A DNA stretch of 64,000 nt from contig OZ242372.1 of NCBI GenBank assembly GCA_965209035.1, positions 64,001 to 128,000 of the forward strand, in the 5' to 3' direction. Shown piece by piece: positions 1 to 8,866 of this stretch (the first letter of the stretch is position 1; every line of letters starts with the position of its first letter). The notes below the pieces were generated by a model. It was not told the DNA's origin. It was given only the letters and a program-made list of their open reading frames with translations, and ran no database searches. This DNA is from Gammaproteobacteria bacterium (GTDB taxonomy: Bacteria; Pseudomonadota; Gammaproteobacteria; CBDBNL01; JAAOII01). The position numbers and the translations under genes were made by a program.

Positions 1-292
1 ATTCATTTTTAAGTATTTGGCAAAGGTATTCCTCCAAAACAGTTGAAGAAAATTTACTTTGTGCCGAATACTTTATACCCAGTTCCGCTTGAGTGTTAAT
101 AAAATCTTTATACGCATTAAATGATGCTGTTGCTCGCTTTAGGTCGCCCGAAGTAATTGCCCGGTAAAACTTTTGATACTCTTCAAAAAATGAGTTAATA
201 TCTTTGGTCTCTCTTTTTGCCAGTATATTGCGACCATGGATATGTCTCTTGTCAAGTTGTTCTAAAAACCTTATTTGTTCTTTGGTAAGCAT
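1..292 (-). CDS. Partial (runs off window) probable Bpu10I-family type II restriction endonuclease
   Basis: Not in the ORF track. Manual translation from ATG at 292 is open to base 1: MLTKEQIRFLEQLDKRHIHGRNIL...KYSAQSKFSSTVLEEYLCQILKNE. The HG and SQSK..STVLEE.L pattern recalls Bpu10I-family N-termini; it lies 21 bp downstream of a methyltransferase. Confidence 0.55.
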   Translation of the reverse strand, partial: MLTKEQIRFLEQLDKRHIHGRNILAKRETKDINSFFEEYQKFYRAITSGDLKRATASFNAYKDFINTQAELGIKYSAQSKFSSTVLEEYLCQILKNE

Positions 293-313
293 AGCCGTGC
301 CGGTAATTGATGA

Positions 314-1300
314 TTACAAGTTTTGTAATGACATCTGACTGTTCTTAAGGTTGCCCTCTTTGATCCTCTGTTCGGCAATATCACAATATTCCTGCGATAT
401 GTCTATGCCCAGATAGTTTCTGCCGGTTTTATTGGCAACAAGCGTCGTTGTCCCCGCTCCGTTAAAAGGATCCAGTATAAAATCACCGCGGAAACTGAAC
501 AGTTTTAGAACCCGGTTGGCAATTTCTTCCGGGAACATCGCCGGATGTCCGTATTTCTTCATATTGCGCTCCGGGGCGACAGACCACTTGGCAAGAACCC
601 ATGTTTTGAACTCATCTATGGTGATGTCTATATTCTGTTTATCGCCCTCTTTTTTCAAGATTCCCTTACAAAACACCTCTATGAACTCCCAAGTGTACTT
701 GAGATACGGACTACTCGGGCTATGCCAACTACCCCAAGCGGTATATTTGCAGTTATAGTTATTCTTTTCCCACAGAATTTCACCCTTCCAAATCAGCCCC
801 CTATCCATCAAATGCTTACTAATTAAATGATGACTCGGTATGTAATCCGAAAAAAGTGGCTGAACATTCACAACCAGCCTACCGCCATGTTTGAGAACAC
901 GGATACACTCATCCAATACGGCAAACAACTGATTAAAGTATTGTTCCCAATCCATGGCATCCGACGCGGTTCCATACTCCAAGCCAAAATTATATGGCGG
1001 TGAAGTGAAAACCAGGTCCGTGCAGTTGTCCGGCATCTGTCGCAGGACATTCAAACTGTCCCCGCATAAAATCTTATTTTTCAGATCTCCTGGCACCGCA
1101 GAATTGTTGTGAGCATCTTGTTTGGCAAAGGCACCATTCGCATAAAAATACTTGCCGCGAACCTCTTCCTTGACTTTTCTGTTCTTAACCTTGCGTTCGA
1201 CACGATAGACTGCAAATTCTTCCTTGCTCTTTGCAGTTCTTGGGGACATTGCTTCGGGCTTTGGCGGTGTTACTTTCTTTGTTGGTTCTGCGGTGCTCAT
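314..1300 (-). CDS. Site-specific DNA amino-methyltransferase (N6_N4_Mtase, beta class, probably m4C)
   Basis: Motif IV TSPPY precedes motif I DPFNGAGTT; also HPAMFP and YLGIDIS motifs. Confidence 0.92.
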   Translation of the reverse strand: MSTAEPTKKVTPPKPEAMSPRTAKSKEEFAVYRVERKVKNRKVKEEVRGKYFYANGAFAKQDAHNNSAVPGDLKNKILCGDSLNVLRQMPDNCTDLVFTSPPYNFGLEYGTASDAMDWEQYFNQLFAVLDECIRVLKHGGRLVVNVQPLFSDYIPSHHLISKHLMDRGLIWKGEILWEKNNYNCKYTAWGSWHSPSSPYLKYTWEFIEVFCKGILKKEGDKQNIDITIDEFKTWVLAKWSVAPERNMKKYGHPAMFPEEIANRVLKLFSFRGDFILDPFNGAGTTTLVANKTGRNYLGIDISQEYCDIAEQRIKEGNLKNSQMSLQNL

Positions 1301-2208
1301 TTGTTACCGGGCGTGTTGTTATTCTTGCTTTGCCGGATCTTGCGACGACATTTCTTTATTGCTTCCGGGTTTCCGTAATATTTTTTCAGTTTCTCCAATA
1401 ACAGGATGATCATCAGTAAAATCTCTATTTTTGTAATTTCTGTTTCCTCAGGGTGTGCGCCCTTATTTCCAACTTCCCGAATGTAATCATATGCTTCTTC
1501 ATAGCATTCCGGGCATGATTTTTTCAAGATATTGATCCTGTTAGATAATGACACTTTTTTGTTTTCCTTTTCCTTTACCTTTAGTCCGTAAAGATCCTCT
1601 AACATCGCTTCTAAGCAGACGCGAAGGCGCACTCCCCCTGTTGACGGATGTTGTGCACAGAGTTTATAAGCACTTTGCCAAATAGTAATAATTTTTTCTG
1701 GAATAAGTCCTGGCGTTTCTTTTGAATACTTATTAATATATTCTTCCACACATTTCTCTATACATTCCCCAACTATCTTTAAAGGTTCCGAAGGATCTTT
1801 TGTTATTACCGGATCTTTCGATGGAACAACGGGACTTGGTTTTCTCGGAATAGAAAGTACGGACAGGTTTATTCCCAAGATAACATGAGGATGCAGCCGG
1901 AAGGATACCAGCTTGTTAATCGCCGCCCTATTTGTCCCGTTCCCCATGTCTCCAAAATATTCATACTTTCCATTGCGAGAATATTCCTTGGCAATCTCTT
2001 TGAGCTTGTCAATATCTATGTTGTAAAGATCTAATATTACGCCTCCTTCTTCATTTTCCGCCCAATGGATGGCTATTTTGTCAATTCCATAAACATAAGA
2101 TTCGATCGTAATAATCGTATGCGGACTGCCGTTCTTACCGACGGTTCGCATCCATCTTATGAAATGAGTAGTTGATATTCGTGTGTTGAGCAGCTTTTCC
2201 ATAAACAA
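1297..2208 (-). CDS. Two-domain protein: uncharacterised N-terminal domain plus C-terminal DUF4145 (HEPN-like) domain
   Basis: C-terminal LRVCLEAML...LSNRINIL...IREVGNKGAH (RxxxNxxxH-type). The N-terminal ~100 aa is homologous to ORF 4373-4717. 4-bp overlap with the MTase start. Confidence 0.7.
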   Translation of the reverse strand: MFMEKLLNTRISTTHFIRWMRTVGKNGSPHTIITIESYVYGIDKIAIHWAENEEGGVILDLYNIDIDKLKEIAKEYSRNGKYEYFGDMGNGTNRAAINKLVSFRLHPHVILGINLSVLSIPRKPSPVVPSKDPVITKDPSEPLKIVGECIEKCVEEYINKYSKETPGLIPEKIITIWQSAYKLCAQHPSTGGVRLRVCLEAMLEDLYGLKVKEKENKKVSLSNRINILKKSCPECYEEAYDYIREVGNKGAHPEETEITKIEILLMIILLLEKLKKYYGNPEAIKKCRRKIRQSKNNNTPGNK

Positions 2209-2259
2209 TTTTAATCCTCGGTGTCGTTCATCGTTTTTTTGCTGCTAAACATCCAAACA

Positions 2260-3138
2260 TCAATACTCCATTTCGTGCCTTGATAAGTGTTGCGGCAATC
2301 CTATAATCTGCACATCAAACTTAAGGGAAGGTGTTACCTTGCTCTCTGCGTTGTGTATTCTAAAGGACATTTGCCAACCCTTATCAAAATAGTACATAAG
2401 CGTTGTTTTGGAAGATTGTGTATGCTGTGCTATAGTAGATGGAAGGGATAATTTTTTACCCCATTTAAGAGTGCGGTTGATATTGAAGGATTGAATGACC
2501 GCCTTGCCGTTCTCTTTCGCTACTTTGTAGAAGTCATAATACCCCAATAAATAATGCAGTAGGTTTTTCGGCACATTATCCTTATCCATAGCATAAATGC
2601 GTTGCATTTCCAAGTTGAAGGCGTGCAATATCGGCACATAAAATCGGTCCTCTTTATCGGGTATATCTCGCCATAATTGATTTCTCTTCTTTCGGCTGCG
2701 CATTTGTTCAAACAAAGGCACGACTGCATCCCAATATTCTTGCGATACATTATGCCCCAACCATTTTTTGCCAAAATCTATTTTGTCTGACAGTCGAGGA
2801 TTCTTAACTCCAAAATGTCTGTTTTTTGCCGATATTCCTATTTCTTCCCCGGGCGTTTCAATAATCAGGTCTCTTACATCCCCCTTGCCGCCCTCTTGGT
2901 CTGATTGCATTCTGACCGTGCAATGTTGTTGTTTTATTCTTGTGTCGTGTCCGATCAGAAAGATGACAATTTTCTCGGCGGCCTTCATGATCTTATCCCG
3001 CTCTGCATCACTACACCGGTTGAAATAAGAGCGACTATTTTCCAAATACCCGCTTTGCACCGGCGTGACCCCTGCTATCTTTTGCAGTTGGTATGCAATG
3101 CCGTACTCAAATCCCTTACCACTTTGTACTTGGCTCAA
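2260..3138 (-). CDS. HaeIII-family restriction endonuclease
   Basis: GKGFEY, QSD..G..GDVRD, IGISAKNRH..VK.PRLS..IDFG.KWLG and FRIHNA..KV.PSLKFD.Q are typical of the RE_HaeIII family. Confidence 0.85.
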   Translation of the reverse strand: MSQVQSGKGFEYGIAYQLQKIAGVTPVQSGYLENSRSYFNRCSDAERDKIMKAAEKIVIFLIGHDTRIKQQHCTVRMQSDQEGGKGDVRDLIIETPGEEIGISAKNRHFGVKNPRLSDKIDFGKKWLGHNVSQEYWDAVVPLFEQMRSRKKRNQLWRDIPDKEDRFYVPILHAFNLEMQRIYAMDKDNVPKNLLHYLLGYYDFYKVAKENGKAVIQSFNINRTLKWGKKLSLPSTIAQHTQSSKTTLMYYFDKGWQMSFRIHNAESKVTPSLKFDVQIIGLPQHLSRHEMEY

Positions 3139-4010
3139 GCGACCCTCTCCAAATCGTGAGACAGCACCACTATTTCGTTAGATTTTTTACTGTTCCCCAT
3201 TCCATATTTCCAGCCCGCCCTTAAGATTGGATAATCCTGATACCATTTTCTTATGGTAGGACAATCGTTATAGGATAGTATCCAGTTATCTCGTTGGTCC
3301 AGCAGTTCTTTTAGTGATTCGTGGTTGAACCCTGCGTGCGTATCTCCTTTCACCCCGTATAGTTTTTGCCCGTTAAGGTATGGCGGGTCAAGATAAAGAA
3401 AAGCATCCGGGTTATCGGCGATTGATTGCCGATAGTCCGCTTTCTTTACCGTAAAATTGTCTGTCGCAAACTCTCTTAGTTTCTCCATTGAACTTTGATT
3501 AAAACGGGGATGCCCTATGGACATACCGCCCGAGAGAGTAATCCCCGAAAATGACGACCGATTGAGCACATAAAATACCGCCGCCCGCTCTAAGGCATTT
3601 TCAAGCACGGGAAACCTTCGCTGCAAAGCATAGAATTGCGTTCTCTCCAACGGATGATATTCCTCTACCCTATCGGCCAGCTTATTGGGGTCATCTAACA
3701 GGCATTGCCAAAAGTCCACCAGCGGCGCAAATATATCATATCCCTTAACCTCCAGACCCGCCGCTACGCAAGCCAATTCAATGGAAGCCCCCCCTACAAA
3801 CGGGGAGCATACCACTTCAGTCTCATTCGGTATCAAAGGCAGTATCTGCGATACCGCTCTGCTTTTGCCACCCGGGTACCTCAAGGGAGAGCGCATATAT
3901 TGACCGGGTAGATCAACATCACCCACACAGGTATGCTGACGAATGGTTTGTACTCCGGCTTGATGTTCGAGATCTAAAATTTGTTGAGCGACCATAGTGT
4001 ATTTTGCCAA
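3135..4010 (-). CDS. Dam-like (D12 class, alpha) DNA adenine methyltransferase
   Basis: SPLRYPGGKS, PFVGGASI, YLDPPY and WILSYND motifs; 4-bp overlap with the REase. Confidence 0.9.
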   Translation of the reverse strand: MAKYTMVAQQILDLEHQAGVQTIRQHTCVGDVDLPGQYMRSPLRYPGGKSRAVSQILPLIPNETEVVCSPFVGGASIELACVAAGLEVKGYDIFAPLVDFWQCLLDDPNKLADRVEEYHPLERTQFYALQRRFPVLENALERAAVFYVLNRSSFSGITLSGGMSIGHPRFNQSSMEKLREFATDNFTVKKADYRQSIADNPDAFLYLDPPYLNGQKLYGVKGDTHAGFNHESLKELLDQRDNWILSYNDCPTIRKWYQDYPILRAGWKYGMGNSKKSNEIVVLSHDLERVA

Positions 4011-4086
4011 ACTATAATAATTTGTTCTATGTCTCTATTCTATTACGGCTTTAACAGAAAAAGGAAGTATTGCCATTCTCTACCAA

Positions 4087-4269
4087 TTATGGTTGAATGC
4101 CTGCTTGTCCAATAGAATTAGCATTTCTTTTTATGTCATCGATCTCACGTCTTACTTCGGATTCATTTGAACATACCTTTATTGCCGTGGCTACCGGTTG
4201 TCTTCCATTCATAAGCACCCAACGATAACCATCTTTAACCGGTTCTATAAGAAAATAATATTGCTGCAT
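4087..4269 (-). CDS. Small YegP/DUF1508-like protein
   Basis: 60 aa with pattern F.I....DG.YRW.L..NG...VA......N......I..IK.NA, typical of DUF1508. Confidence 0.6.
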   Translation of the reverse strand: MQQYYFLIEPVKDGYRWVLMNGRQPVATAIKVCSNESEVRREIDDIKRNANSIGQAGIQP

Positions 4270-4372
4270 AACTTGATTTATTTAATATGGTTAATTGTTA
4301 ATCTTTATTATAACTGGGTGCAACTAATAGATGTCAAACTTTTCTAAGATGATATTCCCCGCATCCGATACA

Positions 4373-4717
4373 TCATTTTCGGGTAGTTTCCCATTCGCGA
4401 AACTCAACGAAGCAGGTTATCGCTGCACTATATGTTCCGTGTCCCTTTCTTTCCTCGCCAATTTCTTCGTGTTCACCCCCTTTTTTGTATTTACAAGCGA
4501 TTTTCCTAAGTTGCTCTAAATCATTGATAAGGTATAAATCTGTAATTTTTGTTTCATGCTGAGACCAGTGTTTAGAAAGGATAAAAATTGACCTGGCATA
4601 ATCTTTAGCCGTCCCATTTGTGTAGTGTTCACCGTGTTTCCTTTTATTCCAGGCAATTGTTTTTAGATATTCTATAAACTTTCTGGCATGCTCGGTATCG
4701 TACTTGCTTGTCATCAA
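4373..4717 (-). CDS. Hypothetical single-domain protein, paralog of the N-terminal domain of 1297-2208
   Basis: Shared FI....T, HW...E, DLY.I.D...L..IA..Y...G..E..G and G.GT..AAI...V.FR. Confidence 0.7.
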   Translation of the reverse strand: MMTSKYDTEHARKFIEYLKTIAWNKRKHGEHYTNGTAKDYARSIFILSKHWSQHETKITDLYLINDLEQLRKIACKYKKGGEHEEIGEERKGHGTYSAAITCFVEFREWETTRK

Positions 4718-4925
4718 TATTGAAATCAGTGATTTGATAAATGCCGTGTTTCTTTCATTTGGTTATTTTACTATTTATGCTCCTTCTCACCGCCCCACTC
4801 TTACATCTATACTAGTATTGGTGCATAATTGCATAATCTCAAAACAGATCTACTTCACTTACAATAAGGCATTAAATATCAAAACTTAACTACTTATTTT
4901 AATTTTTACCAAAGGAGTATTTCAA

Positions 4926-5408
4926 ATGCAACAAGAAATAAAAGATTATGTCACGGCTCTGGCAAGTTTTCTTGTCAAGAACAAGAAAAAGATGTCTTAT
5001 AAAGATCTAATTCAACACTTACGATTTAATGATATTTTGGAGTATAAGGAACCGATAGGTATCGGTCAAGGAATTGCTTCACTTTACCGTGGATTAATTA
5101 AAGAAGGCAAGGAAAAGGAGGCCGGTAATGTCGCTCTGGCCTTTTGTGGGCATAACAAAAAATATGCTTGGGATAAGGACGACCCCAAGATGTCCTTATA
5201 TCAAAAACAAGAAGGAATATGTGCCGGTTGCAATAAATTTTTTGTGCCCGGTAATCTCAGCGTAGACCATATAGTCCCCAAAGCCAAAGGAGGCTCGGAA
5301 GATTCAAAAAATCTCCAACTTCTTTGCCGTAGTTGCAATAGCATTAAAGGGGACCGCACTATGGACTATCTAAAAGAACAGTTAACAGCCAAAGGCTACA
5401 ACAAATAA
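4926..5408 (+). CDS. HNH endonuclease fused to an N-terminal helical domain of unknown function
   Basis: C-terminal CAGC...VDHIVPKAKGG....NLQLLCRSCNSIKG (McrA-type HNH); AAGGAG RBS upstream. Confidence 0.88.
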   Translation: MQQEIKDYVTALASFLVKNKKKMSYKDLIQHLRFNDILEYKEPIGIGQGIASLYRGLIKEGKEKEAGNVALAFCGHNKKYAWDKDDPKMSLYQKQEGICAGCNKFFVPGNLSVDHIVPKAKGGSEDSKNLQLLCRSCNSIKGDRTMDYLKEQLTAKGYNK

Positions 5409-5493
5409 AAACTCTGTGAATAACATTAACCATAAGCGTCTCCCAACACCTCAAGTCTAAACATAGCACCAAGGAAAATATAATATCACAGCA

Positions 5494-6729
5494 ATGACAT
5501 CATATAAAGGACTGTATCATGAAGCACTTTCGCGACTGGAAGACCTTAATAAAAAAATAGCAGATTTTCAAGAAACACAACAAGCTTGGGATACTCAAAA
5601 AAATAAACTACAAGAAGAATTAGAAGATAGCAAACATCTATTTCAACAACAACTAGATAGTAACAAGAAACAATTTCAACAGGCACAAGAAAATTGGGAA
5701 TCTCAAAAAAACCAACTACAAAAAGCATTAGAGAATAACGAGAATAAATTTCAACAAAAATTAAAGAATGACGAGAAGCAATTTCAACAGACACAAAAAG
5801 GCTGGAAGAATAAACATAATCAATTTCAACAAGAATTAGAGGATAATGAGAAGCAATTTCAACAGACACAAAAAGACTGGAATAATAAACATAATCAATT
5901 TCAACAAGAATTAAAGGGTAACGAGAAGAAATTTCAACAGACACAAAAAGACTGGGAATCTCAAAAAACCCAACTTCAACAAGAATTAGAGGATAGCAAG
6001 AATCAATTTCAACAAGAATTAGAGAATAAATTACAACAGGCTAGCCAAGATTTAGGAGATAAAGAAAAAGAGATAGACACATTCTTTGGCAAGATGAATG
6101 ATTTCTATGAGGGCGAAGAAATCGGTGAAATTATGGAGGATGGAAAAAAGAAAAGAACCGGGGGAATGAGAGGCAAGGTTAGTCTACTTCAAAAAGAATT
6201 CGAGGAATTGGTAGCAGATCGAACAAAGGAAGCTTTGGCAAAAATATTCGAGGAGCAAGCCGAGAAACATAAAAAGCGTTCCGATGTTGCTACGCTGTGG
6301 TTCAATAGTTCAATTATCGGATTAGTAGGTTTACTATTGGTGATTATCTCAGTTTTTGTATTTACAGAATTAACTTTTAATCTTTCTCTTTATCCTTTAT
6401 TTTCGATCGTAACTTTTGCTTCCGGATATCTTTTATTCCGTCTTAATAAAACTATTTCCGAAGAAACTCGTTTATTCACCGAATATACACACAAGCATTC
6501 TTTGGCAAAGGCATATACGGGATATAAAAAAGAAGCGGAAGGGAACGAGGATTTGCGCCAAAAATTATTATCCGATTTGACCGATGCCATCGCCCAAAAC
6601 CCTGTTCGTCTCTTATCAATTATCCACTCAAAAGAAAAAAACCCGCATCAAGAATTCGTGGATGGTATAAAAAAGACTGCTAAGTCCGCCAAACGACAAG
6701 TGAAAATACCCGGAATGGATTCGGATTGA
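5494..6729 (+). CDS. Long coiled-coil protein with two C-terminal transmembrane helices
   Basis: Q/E/K-rich heptads with 25-aa repeats, two hydrophobic segments, then a EY.HK.SLA.AY.GYK motif. Confidence 0.8.
   Translation: MTSYKGLYHEALSRLEDLNKKIADFQETQQAWDTQKNKLQEELEDSKHLFQQQLDSNKKQFQQAQENWESQKNQLQKALENNENKFQQKLKNDEKQFQQTQKGWKNKHNQFQQELEDNEKQFQQTQKDWNNKHNQFQQELKGNEKKFQQTQKDWESQKTQLQQELEDSKNQFQQELENKLQQASQDLGDKEKEIDTFFGKMNDFYEGEEIGEIMEDGKKKRTGGMRGKVSLLQKEFEELVADRTKEALAKIFEEQAEKHKKRSDVATLWFNSSIIGLVGLLLVIISVFVFTELTFNLSLYPLFSIVTFASGYLLFRLNKTISEETRLFTEYTHKHSLAKAYTGYKKEAEGNEDLRQKLLSDLTDAIAQNPVRLLSIIHSKEKNPHQEFVDGIKKTAKSAKRQVKIPGMDSD
5745..6030 (+). repeat. 75-bp (25-aa) tandem repeat, about 3.5 copies
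   Basis: Unit QFQQELEDNEKQFQQTQKDWNNKHN; aatttcaaca recurs at 75-bp period. Confidence 0.85.
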
Positions 6730-6736
6730 TTAGGCG

Positions 6737-7411
6737 GTGACAAACAAAAAGTTAAAGTTGGAGAATATCCTATGGCATCGCAAGTATCCTCAGATCATTC
6801 CGTATATCGGCTCCAAATATAAAGAGAAACGATTGTTATTGATCCTTGAAAGTCATTTTCTACCTGATGAAAGTAAAATTCACTTGGATCCGAAAGCTTG
6901 GTATGAAGGCGATGAATCACTTTTGAGTGAGGAAGAAAAAGGGTGGATATACACCAAGAAAACTATGAGAGGTCATGCCCTTTCACAACCCCAAAATACG
7001 GCGATACCAAAAGTTTATAAAGCAATAGAAGAAACCCGGCTATTCTCAAACTCAGATACAGATAAGGAAGATCCTTTTCCGTATTTTGCTCTGATGAACT
7101 ATTTTGTAAGGCCTGCTATATGTGGCAAAGGAATGGAACGAAGTTATGATAAAGAAGAGATATGGAAACATGATGTTGAACCGGCTAACGAAAGGCTGGA
7201 AAAAGTCGTTGAGATTTTAAAGCCTAAGGGAGTTATCTTTTTATCCTGCTTTGCGTATGACTGTTGCAATGACAGTGGTGGAATCTCCAAACTGAAAACA
7301 AGAGTGGGAGAAGATAAAGTGAGCCGTCAGTATCATCCCAGTTCCAGGGACTGGGATACAAAAGAAAAAGAAGAGTTTCAGCAATGTTTGCGTTCTTTTT
7401 GGAATTTATAA
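6737..7411 (+). CDS. Uracil-DNA glycosylase-superfamily-like protein
   Basis: N-terminal PYIG..Y...RLLLILESH, central NYF.RP, LKP..VIF and C-terminal HPSS match UDG-like motif A/B spacing. Confidence 0.65.
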   Translation: MTNKKLKLENILWHRKYPQIIPYIGSKYKEKRLLLILESHFLPDESKIHLDPKAWYEGDESLLSEEEKGWIYTKKTMRGHALSQPQNTAIPKVYKAIEETRLFSNSDTDKEDPFPYFALMNYFVRPAICGKGMERSYDKEEIWKHDVEPANERLEKVVEILKPKGVIFLSCFAYDCCNDSGGISKLKTRVGEDKVSRQYHPSSRDWDTKEKEEFQQCLRSFWNL

Positions 7412-7432
7412 AACCAGTAAAAAAATAAAGCT

Positions 7433-8362
7433 ATGAAAAAAATAATGTTATCTTTATTATCAGTGTTAACAGTATTATCATTACCACTATTACTATTAGT
7501 GTCTTGGCTGAATGTATTTCCTCTCTTAAGAATGATAAGTTTATTCTTCATAGCCACACTATTATTCGACAGCGATGAATTTTTTATAGTAGGACTAATA
7601 GCAATTTGGAGTTTCGTTCCTGCGTTCTGGTCTGTTACAAAAGGATATACTCTTTCCAGTGGTTGGTCTGTTGCATTTTTAATTACTTGTTTTTTTACCT
7701 TTATTGCCTTGAGTGTACATGACCCTTTTAGAAGTATTGCTTTATTTGTTGGTTTTCTTACTCCAATGATTATCAATTGGGTCTATCCAAATTATAATTC
7801 TGACCCTGTTAATAATTTTTTCTTGACAGATGAATCAAAGGAAAATATTTCTGCGGAAGTAAATGCAGGCATTATGATTAATATGCGACGCGGTGCTTAT
7901 CTTGGTCTCTGGGCTGGGTTAATGATTGGCTGGGGAATTCCTCTCTTTATATTTCTGTTGATTTCATGGTATTCACTTGATGAATTCGCTTATTATTACT
8001 ATGAGTATGAGGCTGTCGGTGCCTCTCTTATCCTTGCTCCCTTTGGCTTCGTGCTCTTTGGAGGTTTGCTCGGTGGTCTATTTCGCCCCCCTTTGGCTTG
8101 GTATGTGACTTGGATGACCGGGAGAATGCTGGGGGCACTTTTTATGTTTCTTATATTCTATAAGTTCCCTTCTTTGAAGCAAAGAGTGGCACTGGTTGGT
8201 GCGATTTCTGGTGTGATCTCTGGTGGGGTGCTGGCAGGGATTATCTCGCTGACAGAACAAGATGGTATCGGATATGTTTTTATCGTTATAATTTTCTGCT
8301 CGCTTCTAGGGTTTGCATTCGGGAAACTTACCGAATACATCGCTAAGCGTCGTGGTTGGTAG
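7433..8362 (+). CDS. Polytopic membrane protein, unknown function
   Basis: About 8-9 hydrophobic Gly-rich segments in 309 aa. Confidence 0.75.
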   Translation: MKKIMLSLLSVLTVLSLPLLLLVSWLNVFPLLRMISLFFIATLLFDSDEFFIVGLIAIWSFVPAFWSVTKGYTLSSGWSVAFLITCFFTFIALSVHDPFRSIALFVGFLTPMIINWVYPNYNSDPVNNFFLTDESKENISAEVNAGIMINMRRGAYLGLWAGLMIGWGIPLFIFLLISWYSLDEFAYYYYEYEAVGASLILAPFGFVLFGGLLGGLFRPPLAWYVTWMTGRMLGALFMFLIFYKFPSLKQRVALVGAISGVISGGVLAGIISLTEQDGIGYVFIVIIFCSLLGFAFGKLTEYIAKRRGW

Positions 8363-8470
8363 ATACAGTGACTCTTTCTATATCTTGCAATATAATAATC
8401 TTTTTACAAAGGTCACTAAATTAGGGGATAACTTAGCAGCTAAACTCAAAGAATCTCCCCATAGCATCTG

Positions 8471-8866
8471 TTAATCCACTCTTGTTGCATTTGCAACAAG
8501 AAAGTCCCGGCACCGGACAAACCGCCCTCTGCGTATCCAATAATGGCATTGATATTTGCAGAAAGATTGCATACCCCGTATGGAAGGGTCTAAACTGATA
8601 GTTCCCTTTTTCCACCACCTATGGATCCTTAATCGCCAACGAGGATCCAAACTTGCGTGCACATCCACATAAATGATCTGCCGGCAATCGGCATACGGAC
8701 ATTTGTAGGCAACTTGAAAGGGTTCTCCCCGCTTACCGAGGAGATACATTTTATTTTGCTCCAACTTGGACGGCAAATCCGTCACCTCAACTGCTTCGTA
8801 ATAATGCCATCTTTGTTGTAAACGCTTTTTAAGTAATCCAAAAGATGCAATGATTTTACTAAGCAT
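8471..8866 (-). CDS. DUF6527-family Cys/His-rich protein
   Basis: CP..DC...I......PRW......ISL.PSI......C..HYWIRRG motif; last gene of the Ubl operon, 8-bp overlap. Confidence 0.8.
   Translation of the reverse strand: MLSKIIASFGLLKKRLQQRWHYYEAVEVTDLPSKLEQNKMYLLGKRGEPFQVAYKCPYADCRQIIYVDVHASLDPRWRLRIHRWWKKGTISLDPSIRGMQSFCKYQCHYWIRRGRFVRCRDFLVANATRVD

Noticed and set aside
4010-8470. Integron cassette array
   Set aside because: Genes are in mixed orientation, no convincing attC (RYYYAAC...GTTRRRY with internal symmetry) was found in the spacers, and there is no intI.
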